From contig OX597825.1 of the NCBI GenBank assembly GCA_951406725.2, positions 31,868,001-31,932,000 on the forward strand: a DNA stretch of 64,000 nt. Reading direction: 5' to 3'. The position numbers were made by a program, and so were the translations under genes. This DNA is from Octopus vulgaris (taxonomy: Eukaryota). Below the pieces are notes generated by a model. It was given only the letters and a program-made list of their open reading frames with translations. It ran no database searches and had not been told where the DNA came from. This document shows positions 50,620 through 60,851 of the stretch, piece by piece. Position 1 is the first letter of the stretch, and the number at the start of each line of letters is the position of its first letter.

Positions 50620-52800
50620 CCTGGGTAGCTTCTGAGTGCAACTGTTGTGCTGTCATAGTCTCCTTTCTTGCACACTCAGCAGAGCATCAGCCAATTGCTT
50701 TCCAGCTATTGTACATCCACCATATTCAATGTTCATGTTTTATTTCCACAAGCATAGCACCTACCATTTACTTGGAGAGAGAATCTCTTTGTTGTCACCA
50801 GTGGTATTAGCTCCCTGTGCATTTTCTCTGGCTACCATACTTTCAAAACGTCCTCTTCCACTACTGATTATTTCATCTCAGAAATAAATGTTGTCACATA
50901 CCTTTGGAGAGCTTTCCAGACATTTCAAAGAATTCAAGAACAAAGAAGTCAACTTAGAATGTCTTCTGCCTGTATGCTAACTAAATTCTTCACTCAAATG
51001 ATAGCAACTCCTCTCACTAACAGTGTTTCAGTGCACAGCTTACAGAGCTGTCACAAGTCCTTCATCCATACTTAGTTTTCTTAGTGACCATCAGACTACA
51101 GAGTGTAGTGTTCTATGAAAGATTTTCTCCTGCTCAACAAATGCTATAGGTCTAGAGGCTTACTGAGAACTTCTGCAGTCCTCCTTTTAAGAACATATTT
51201 GGTTGTATAATACTTGAGCACAAACCTAAGCTATATCGCATCAAGACTAATTCTCTTCATAATCAATTGTGCTTTCTGTTACTTTCATAACTTGATGCCT
51301 CTCTTGTTGCTTCTGTCTAAAGCACTTCCTTTGCCTCTGCAAAAGTTGATGGTGAAGCCGCTAAGCCAGTTACTGTGTGTGACACTTCCCTTTGCCACTT
51401 GATTGACTATGCATGTGACTAGTGCATGTCCTACTTTGCCAGATATTTTAAGCCTCTCAGTAACTCTCCCTCATGATTCAGCTTCTTTCCCTGCTTCATG
51501 CTTTTAATTACATTGTCAGCCACATAGCCAACAACTTCAGTAGATGGTTTCTGTGTTGGGTCTGTTTGGAGAAGTCTCTTTCTCTCTTAGACATCCTCCT
51601 CATTCAGCATCCTTTGATAACAATTTTATGCCTCTTTCGTTTTTTGGTATCATTCTGACAATTGTTCCACTCATTCTGTACACACTTTTCCCAAAATGAC
51701 AACTGCTTTGCAATCTGGAACACCTTTGATCACAGAGAAAGGGTAAACATTTTACTTTTCGTTTTTCTCCTTGCTTTGTATACATTACATATACCTGCTC
51801 TTCTAGCTACCTGATATTGTTCCTTGTTCCCAATCTTTCTATGGGTGTCTCTTAACTTCTGAAACTCTACAATACTATTCAACAATTGTGTCACCTTTCA
51901 TCTGACCTGGACTTTACACTTTCTACAAATTTGACCTGTGATTCATTGGCAGATGTCTCATAGAAACTCCCAGTTGTCCATTGTTCAGAATGTCTATTCC
52001 TCCGCTTTCTCATCATATATCTCTACTAGTACTTCTGTGAACCTATACCTGGCCCAAGGAGTTTTAGATTCAGTGCCTCCTTTCTCTAGATTTCATGTTT
52101 CTGAGTCCTTCTATTCCTGAAGTTACTGATCCCTAGTTTATATTGAGGAATGTATTCTTCATTAGAGGAGTACTTAGTGTTCACAATCTATTTCCTATCC
52201 TGCTTCTTGGTGACTATGAAGTCCAGTTGGTTTATGTGGTTACCTGTCTGGTTGGTGAACAGGTAATGCTACAAATGGTTTTGTTACAAAACTCCAAGAG
52301 CTTTGATCATTTTTTATTCCTAATATATTAATCATAGCAGCTATGTACATCAGGGTAGCTTTCATGTTGTTGCTTAACATGCCCATTAATCACTCACTGA
52401 GGTGACGAGTTTGCTGTCATGTTTTTAATGAGGTAGGCTTCGTAGAAATGTTTCTTTTATTCATCAGTCAGTCTGGTTTGTGGTACATATACAGAGATCA
52501 CTGTCATTGTGTTTGTTACCTAAGACTAGTCTAAGCTTAATTATTGTCTCATACTCAAACTTATTTCAGTTACTTTACCTATCCATATCTCTGCCAATAT
52601 GTTTATTTTGCCAACTCATTTGCTGTTATTCAGCCAGAACTTCTGCTTGTATTCCTTGCCTGTGAGAAGCCTGGTTGAGTCCCCTGCCTTCTATTTTCTC
52701 ACTTGTACACAGTATCTTCTTACCTGTTCTAGCATCTCTACAATCTCTCCAGATCTAGCTTCCATCATGCCAGTGCTGATGATAATATCCTTGAGGCCAA
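50620..52800 (-). mobile_element. Old, heavily decayed RTE LINE (EN+RT) related to the 25.2-26.7 kb element
   Basis: Minus-strand remnants FLTGKEYK, IIKLRLVLG..TVISVYVPQ, AQLIMKRISLD, IAFVEQEKIFHR..VV*WSLRKLSMDEGLV, RELIPLVTTKRFSLQVNGR. The RT remnants parallel the young copy's AQLIRERV, AFVDMEKAFDR..IWWSMRKLGIDEWLV and RELLPLLVTKGLSLRVKGR. Confidence 0.75.
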
Positions 52801-53909
52801 AAAGAGGGTTTTCAGTGGTGGGTGGATGGTTGGGTTATTTGCATTCCTGTATCTGAAAGGAAGAGTTACAGTTAGGAATTTTCTGTAAACTCTCTCCCAA
52901 GCTTTCTACTTTTGCAATTTAAGCACCCTTAAGCATAATGGAAAGATATGGCTCCCCAGATATAGTGAAAGCAACTAAATGAGGAGAAGGAATAAAAATT
53001 GAATAAAATCCTGCACAGGAGACATATCAACTCCACATGCCACAGTTAAGGCTATTTTATATCAGAGAGCAGTAACTCTGAACACACACTGATACAGTGG
53101 TGTGTATAGTAGGTCCACTCTACACACTACAATGGCACATGCCATTCTTGTCATTGGTAGGCTTTCATGTTGAGAATCTCCACATCATTATCATCAGAAG
53201 TATTCCAACATCTGATTCTTTTGTTGCTGTCAAAGGTTGGACAGTTCAGACATTCAACAAACATATAGCTACTTGTTTCCTGTATTTTATTTGTATGTGT
53301 ATGTGTGTGATCAGCATGGCTTGTCATCCTTTGATCTGCCTTTGCCACTGTTCTGTGTCTTTCTCAAGTCCTATTTCTGTCTCAATATTGAGGATTTTAA
53401 CTTTTTTTTTTATTCTGCAATGTTTGATAAAATAAGTAATAGAAATATTCTGAGCTACTACTCTACCAATATGCACCATTCTTAGTCCTTGTTAGGAAAG
53501 ATTATTATAAGCATTAGAGAAAAACGTAAAGTTCTGAGTAAATGTGTAAGATTGTACATTGGTTGGCATAGGAATGGCATAATTTATTTTCTTTAATGGT
53601 AGAAATAATGTTCCAACTCCTTCAACAGAATCTTCTTTATTTGCCATTAGTTGTTTAAAGATAAACTACATTTTTTTTCCTATGTATAATCATTTCATTT
53701 ATTCTTTTTTGTTTTTACATATATTTTTTTAAAACTTTTTTCTTCTTACAAAATGTCTTCAAGAATTAATCTCATCTCAAAAGATTCTCATTAGGGAGTG
53801 TCTATTTATTCTTTTACTTGTTTCACTCATTTGACTGACCAACTTTCAATGGTTATTTTATTTCCATTATAAATGTGTGCATGGGTATAGACACTCATGC
53901 ATATATATA

Positions 53910-54483
53910 TACTCTTTTTACTCTTTTACTTGTTTCAGTCATCTGACTGTGGCCATGCTGGAGCACCGCCTTTAGTCAAGCAAATCAACCCCAGGACTTA
54001 TTCTTTGTAAGCCTAGTACTTATTCTATCGGTCTCTTTTGCCGAACTGCTAAGTTACAGGGCCATAAACACACCAGCATCAGTTGTCAAGCGATGATGGG
54101 GGGACAAACAAAGACACACATACATATATATATTTTCCTCTGTCTTCCCTCCTTTTGATCTTTCCTTTTCCGGTGTTTCTGACGAAGAACTCTGCTTGAA
54201 ACATTAAACCCTCCTTCTTTCCTGAGCGTCCAATAACACTATACTTGTTCCACGTCCTCGCGTTGTTGTGTTTTCTCTTTGTGTTTTCATGTTTGGATTA
54301 ACTATATATATATATGTATACACATATATATGACGGGCTTCTTTCAGTTTCTGTCTACCAAATCTACTCACAAGGCTTTGGTCGGCCAGAGGCTTTAGAA
54401 GAAGACACTTGCCCAAGGTGCCACACAGTGGGACTGAACCCGGAACCATGTGGTTGGTAAGCAAGCTACTTACCACACAGCCA
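53910..54483 (-). mobile_element. tRNA-derived SINE family A with a foreign insert of about 170 bp in its central TA tract
   Basis: Tail 53910-54120 and head 54330-54483 match the other copies; 54133-54303 is unrelated sequence flanked by (TA)n. Confidence 0.88.
54175..54209 (+). ncRNA. Degenerate minimal hammerhead ribozyme motif in a Penelope-like fragment
   Basis: GTTT-CTGACGA-AGAACTCTGCTT-GAAACATT-AAAC: closing stem GTTT/AAAC, CUGANGA and GAAA cores, imperfect stems II and III consistent with CpG decay. Confidence 0.55.
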
Positions 54484-54554
54484 TATATATATATATACAT
54501 ACATACATACATACATACATACATACGTACGTACGTACGTACGTACGTACGTAC
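54483..54554. repeat. (TA)n(TACA)n(TACG)7 compound microsatellite
   Basis: Direct reading. Confidence 0.95.
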
Positions 54555-55481
54555 ACGTGTGTAATTTTTTTCTATAAAGTTATGGAAAATCACAATTTAA
54601 ATAAAGGACTCAATGGTAGAGAAGATGTTTATAGGAATGCTAGCAAATTTGCAATCTTTCATTTGCAGAACCTAACAATCTCTCTCTCTCCATGTGTGCG
54701 CACACGCACACACACACACATCACCATCAGTGTCATGGTTTGCAAATATCTTTGAGACTGATTTAGATGCTCTTCCTGATGTCAACCCTTAAAGTTACCT
54801 TTATAACATGCTTCAGCATTAAAATATATTTTCTTTGTTGTGCATAAACACACACAATCTCTGTACACATTCATGCTCATGCATATTCGAACATATGAGT
54901 GGTTGTTTAGAAATGTAGTATTTCAGGCTCTTTCATTGATTAAGTTTCACAGCAGTCTTTAGAAAATTTTGCAATTCAAAGTTATAAACTTTTTATCTTT
55001 TTTTTTTACTATTTTTTCTTACTTTTTCACTGTAAGATTCTGAGTCTACTGGCTGCTTAGATTTTGTCTGATGGTATCAAAGCAAATTGCATATGTGAAT
55101 GTGTGCTTGTGTTTCTTTCTTCATCTTTGTATTGAACTCAAGTATCATTCAGACATCTTATGAAAATATTGCTATTTTCTTGGTGTATTTATTCTGCAAA
55201 GTTTTTACCATTTTTTTTTTTCTTTATCAGTTTCATTGATTGTTGCACAGAAAATAACATTACTTAACCTACTCCTCTCTCTCTCTCTCTCTCTCTCCAT
55301 CCCTCCCCGCTCAAAGTGTAGGTCTAATTAAAAACACCATAAGGATAACTATTCTTTTTTTGTTTATTTCTTAGATTTTTATGGATCAATTACTCCACTT
55401 GCTTCTCTTATGTTTCAGCTGTCAAGTTTATTATATTCTGTATTTGAAGTGAGCTTAAGAAGTGACGCTGTGATTTTTCTT

Positions 55482-55516
<35 letters not shown>

Positions 55517-56739
55517 GTATATATGTTTGGTGATGATTTTATTTTACTGGTTTCAGTCACCAGACTGGGTTACTGGCTTCGATTAAATCAACTTTGGTAT
55601 TTGTTTAATCAGCCAAGAAAGGCTGAAAGATTTGAACTTGGACTGTAATCGGGGCCATCTTAAGGTATGGGAACCCTTCCCCATGGCCTGACATGTTTTT
55701 GTGGAAGATTAGAAACAAAGGGCACAGCTCGTATGGTTATGATGGTCATTTACAACCGAAATGCAATATGAAGGCAATGAAACATGGACACATTGGTTCA
55801 TGAACATATCATCAGTATCATCGTTGCTTTAACATCCAGTATTCTATGTTCGCTTGGTTGGATGGTGTTTACTGAAGAGTATATGAAAACCTTGCATCGC
55901 AATCTAGAATTCCTCATACTTTTGATCCTCTTACTTTCATTTTCTCTTCTAGCAATCTAATATGTTTTATTCTCTACTTTATTTTTTTCCAGACGTCCCT
56001 CTGTCTTTTAACATACCATCTGTTGTACTATTCGGCCACTTTATTACTCTACTCTGGCTAAAACTGTGCACCCTCTACAGACTTAATCTACAGCTCAAAG
56101 CAGATTATTCTCTCATTACAACAAACAGTTGTCTCACCTCTGCCTTCCCATTCTAGCATTTCTTTGAATGTACATCTTCCCAAGGGATTTTTCAGTCTTT
56201 ATACCTTGCTTCTCCAGATTGTCCTCTGTCTCTGTCAAGCTCTTCCTCTAATACCACATTAATCACTAGTCCTTTAAAACAGATGTTTCACATTTGTAAA
56301 AATAATTTGGAAGGAAATTATTTTTATCCCACTTGAGGATCCTCTTGCTTTACTAATAAATATTTTAACGTGACCATTCGCTCTGTTTGGTTTAGTTTTG
56401 GCTGATGTGATCTTTTACTTCATTGATTTCTTAGCTGCTGTTTAAACAGCTGACATTGTATTGACTTGGCCTAAATTAAACCAGTATTTAAATGGACAGA
56501 TTTAAAAAAAGAAAAAATTAAATTTTATTTATTTGTGGTTCTCTTTTTCTTTCCTTTTTTTTTATACTTTAATGTTTTACATCAAATTTTCCTGTCTCAT
56601 AGGCAGGATATTCTAGCTATTTTATTTTTAACAATTGTTTTTATTGTTCAGTGATCTTTCTCTTATAAACCACTCAACTGTGAATAATGAAACCTCTATG
56701 TGGTTGCTGGACCTCCTAGAAATAACCCAGACAAGTGAG

Positions 56740-57320
56740 TGCAGCATTGTGCACCATGTCTTTGAACACTATCCAATCCTCTTCTGCTCCCTTTATCCCA
56801 ACATCAAGTTGCTGTCTGGGTCCTCACTCAGGTTCTGTTTCATGTTGTGCCATTCCAATTTGCTGACGTTGAGTCACTTGTTTGCTGGCTTCCCTTGCAG
56901 TCACCACTTGGGCTGAATGTGCCTGTTGAGTTTTGCAATGATGTGTCTATGATCTTTCCAGCCTTCTGCACCACACATCCTGCCTGTCCCATCTCTTGAC
57001 TTTGACATAGTCAATTAGATGTCAATGTTTGCTGCATGGATGTGGCCAGGATGTCTCTTTGTAGTTGGGAAGGTGAAACACTGTGTTGATGATCAGCAGG
57101 TCAAGTGCTGCACAGGTCTTCATTTGTAGATGACCATTGCTATTGTTTTTGCCGACTCTGTTTCTCTCATTGACTCCGTCCCATATCTGGTAGTCTGTAC
57201 CAGCTGTGGTGTTGAAGTTGCTAAGAACAACAAGCTTGTCCTCTTCCGGCACAGCTGCTATGAGAGCTTCCAAATCATAAAACTTGCCTTTGACACCCTC
57301 AGGGTTAGCCATGGTGGGTG
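56740..57320 (-). mobile_element. RTE (BovB-like) AP-endonuclease fragment
   Basis: ORF 57022-57312: KGKFY.DL..LIAAVPEEDKLVVLSNFN...GKNNSNG.L..KTCAA.DLLIINTVF....TSW.HP.SKH, followed by LIDYV. Matches recalled RTE-BovB endonuclease motifs (GDFNARVG, NSNG.LLL, SWMHPRSKHWHLIDY). Confidence 0.85.
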
Positions 57321-59216
57321 GGGATCGGCTTTTTATGTGATACTTGGGTTAAGGATCTCAGTTCTGTTGTGGTAGGCAGGTTTTCTCGAGTACAGGAAGA
57401 AATAATTTAGCAAAAGCTTTAGCGCAGGGTTTAAAAGGGTAGACACACAAAGCATACGTGAACCAGGGAGGTGCATATATATGACCTTGGAGAGAAGTAG
57501 AATGCAACCTTACAACCTGCAAAAAATAGAAGCTGTAGTAGTAGTAGTAGTAGCAGCAGCAGCAGCAGCACAGTAAAAACTATATGGCATGACTCTGTAG
57601 CAATCTGTATATTCTTATTTCATAATATTTTAAATATGGTGTAGCATGTATCAATCAGTATTCTCCTTGAAGTGGTACTTACTGCATAACAAGTCTCACC
57701 TTTTGTACGTGCTTTTAGACTGAAATGAGTGGCATTTTGTGTTAAGAGTTCTAACATTCCACATGACTAAAGAGCTATGTTTTTTTACAAAGAAAATATT
57801 ATTACATTACTAATGGAAAAAGAAACCACTTGACTTATGATTTTCTCCTTCTTGAAGAGCTTTTCAATATTTCCTGATTCGGTGCATCTTGGAAATTTTC
57901 TTCTATTTGTTGAGTTGCAAGTTACAGAAACTGCATAACATTAGTTGAAATGCTTTTGTAGCATATTTGTTATGCCTCACTATGTTCTGAGTTCAAATTC
58001 TATTAATATTATTTTGCTTTCCTGAGTTTATAAAATAATTATCAATCCTGGGGATGATTTAATCAATTACGCACACCCTGCTCCCAGATTGTGGTTTTAT
58101 GCCAATGTAAGAAATTGTTGTTTTAGGACAGGATGACAGAAACAGCAGAGCATCAGTGAAAATGTTTTGCAGTATTTTGTTGTATTCTTTTACAATCTGA
58201 ATTCAGATTTGACCTTATGTCATATTTGCTTTTCATCCTCTTGCCTCGATAGAACTAGTACCACTCATATAATGGGGTTCAAATTTCACCATATTTGACC
58301 TTACTCTCCATCCTGCTGAGTTAAAGGAATAAATACTGGTTTTGCATCTAAGTTCAGTCAGCCATACCCACTCCCTCAAGATGTGTGGATATATACTAAA
58401 GTTATAAATAATAATCAAAATTCATGGAAGTGGATGTTGAAATCTGTTGGTCACAGAATGGTTTGATTTTTATTTTAAAATTTTAGTTAGGTCTTGTTCT
58501 GAGTTCAAATTCCAACAAAGATGACTTTGCATTTCATGCTTTCAGGATTCATCATCACCATTATTGCAATTATAAATATTGTTCCTTTTTGTTTTTAAAT
58601 CTCTTAATGATACTTTTAAAACTAACCAATTATAAGATGTCTCAAGTACAATAAAATTACTGAGATTATTATTCCTTTAAACTTTATTTCTTCAGATTCT
58701 CCAATTCTGAATTTGTCTTAATAAAGATTTTATTGCTTTGTATGTAGGGAACTAAAATTATTTAAACTCTCGATCAATCTGTATTTCAAGCTTTTGTTTA
58801 CATTAGACAAATATACAAAGGAGAGGACTTCAGCCCTTTCACTGCTGTACTCAGCTTTTGTTGAATTACCTGTAAGACTCTTCTTCCAACTTCACATGTA
58901 AATACCTTACACTATCCAAAATATTATTCACAAATTCAACCCTATCTCTGATCCACCAATGTGCTGATTCCTCTCTCTGTATTTTTTCCTGCTACTACAA
59001 TGGCTTCTGCTCCTTTTGGACTTGCCGGTCTCATGTTATTTCCACCCAAGAACTTCTAACTTTTCATCTCTCCTCTTAACACTGTGTCCACTGTCACTTT
59101 CCCTGGCCCTACACCAACTGTTCGTCCATTCCTTTCTCCCCAGAATGTCATCCTTTTAGCATTCCCTCTCTGCCAATGTTTTCTTTCCCTGCAACTATCA
59201 AATCACAGCCGTTTAA

Positions 59217-59437
59217 CTGTTAAGCATTTGAACCAGCCAGATCGACCCCCCAAATATTCTACCTGTTTTATGTTCAAACTGTCCAAATCCAGCCTTTCAC
59301 ACTTACCCTACAATGTCATCCTGAAAATAAACAATCACTTCATTGAAATCTCAAAGCTATGAGATAATGCATGATTAATTCAAAATAACATGAATAAACA
59401 AGCATTACATTTGACAGAATAATCTGAATGCTAGAGG
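59217..59437. mobile_element. TTAA MITE family 1 copy
   Basis: Flanked by TTAA on both sides. Shares AAATATTCTACCTGTTTTATGTTCAAACT and CCTACAATGTCATCCTGAAAATAAAC with the other copies. Confidence 0.75.
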
Positions 59438-59717
59438 TTAAAGTGGCACATTAACTACATCAGTCCAGCTGGTCTCAGAGATCCTGTGAAGGCAATAGGC
59501 CTCACCATTCCTTTAGACAACACAAAAACAAAAGAAATGTATAGATGTTCACATTTATTTTGTTGAGTAATTCTGTGTTTCTGATTTCCCAATTGCATGC
59601 ACAACTAATTCATCAGCTGTGCTTTAGCCTGAACCGTAGTTGAAACATCACTGAAAAGGAGTTTACATAATTAAATTTAATTTATTCATTATAATTTTTA
59701 CATAATCTTTTCTTTTT

Positions 59718-59903
59718 TTATATGAAGGGAAGGAGAAACTGATGTCAGGTTGTGAAATTGTTCATACGACTGCACATGGTCATTCAGCCAACGTAAATAA
59801 TAGCAATAGTAGCCGTATTTATATCACATACCGAAGAGCTTCTGATATGGCTTCCAGTGATACTTTAGCTGTTGTTGATATTTGTATCATACTTACCAAT
59901 AAG
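59718..59903 (+). CDS. DENND4: DENND4/Crag-family second coding exon (5' boundary uncertain)
   Basis: Frame reads [62 protein letters not shown], the direct continuation of DENND4 (recalled GVLY..KERL..GCEII..TP.G..AN....RIYITYRRA....TLAVTDICII..K). Donor AAG|GTACTG with GT at 59904 (phase 0). No in-frame AG acceptor is visible (see findings). Confidence 0.9.
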
Positions 59904-60624
59904 GTACTGTTGTACTTTTTCTTTTTTTTCTTTTTACATTTATTCTCCATGATAGTAAATGTTGGGTCTACAAGCATACTCATTCATTATACAGATTCTC
60001 TCTTTCTTTCTCTCTCCCACTTCTCTCTCTCCACCCACCTCACTTCTTTCTCATTCATATGCATTTACACGCTTACTTATACATACCCACAGCCTCATTC
60101 ATTCATAAACACATTCACTCATATATTCTTATGCATGCATATTTGTTTATGCAAGCATTCACACTAATACACACCCAACTTATTTGAAGCTAAAACTTCA
60201 CTCCGTGAACTTAACACACTGAAGGTGATTGATATGTAGTTGAAATTCTTTTAATGAGTGCAAAAGTCATTTGCTTGCCTGCCTTTATGGCATGGGTCAG
60301 TTGTTAGCTACTCATGGCAGTTTGACAAAAATTTACCACCATAATTAAATTGTTTAATCAATTTTAAAATTACACAAGCCACAAAATTATCACAAAAGAA
60401 AGTAATAGCACTGCCACAATGAAGTGGTTTAACAACATAATAAAGAAGCACTGCAAATTTATACTCAGACCAACATAAAATGTTAATCCCCCATGTATAA
60501 AAAAAAACCTTTAGAACTTCATTATAAATTCAGCCCCAGCTATGAAATCAACAACTAGGCCAACAACAGAATCACTACATGAACACTTTATTTGATAGCA
60601 ACAGAAGTTAATTGTCCCTTAAAG

Positions 60625-60851
60625 CAGCAGCCCCCTTCCATTTTTTGCACCACGAACCAGTTTCATGCAAGACAATTTTTCCAGTGACTAGAGATCACAT
60701 GCGTAACAACACAAAATGCATAATATATAATTTAATTACTACATATATTGTACATATATGATGCAGAAACCTTCTGCAGACTGTGATAAATAAACTAAAA
60801 ATAAATTTTTAAATTTATTCATTTGTGAGGTCCGTTGTTTGAGAATCTCTG
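60625..60851. mobile_element. hAT-type MITE (MER1/Charlie3-like terminus), decayed
   Basis: Left end CAGCAGCCCCCTTCCATTTTTTGCACCACGAACCAGTTTCATGCAAGACAATTTTTCCA resembles the recalled MER1-type terminus. Right end TTGAGAATCTCTG. TSD poorly preserved. Confidence 0.6.

Noticed and set aside
59904-60167. C-terminal part of the 141-aa ORF
   Set aside because: Read-through past the GT donor into low-complexity intron; homology stops at ILTNK.
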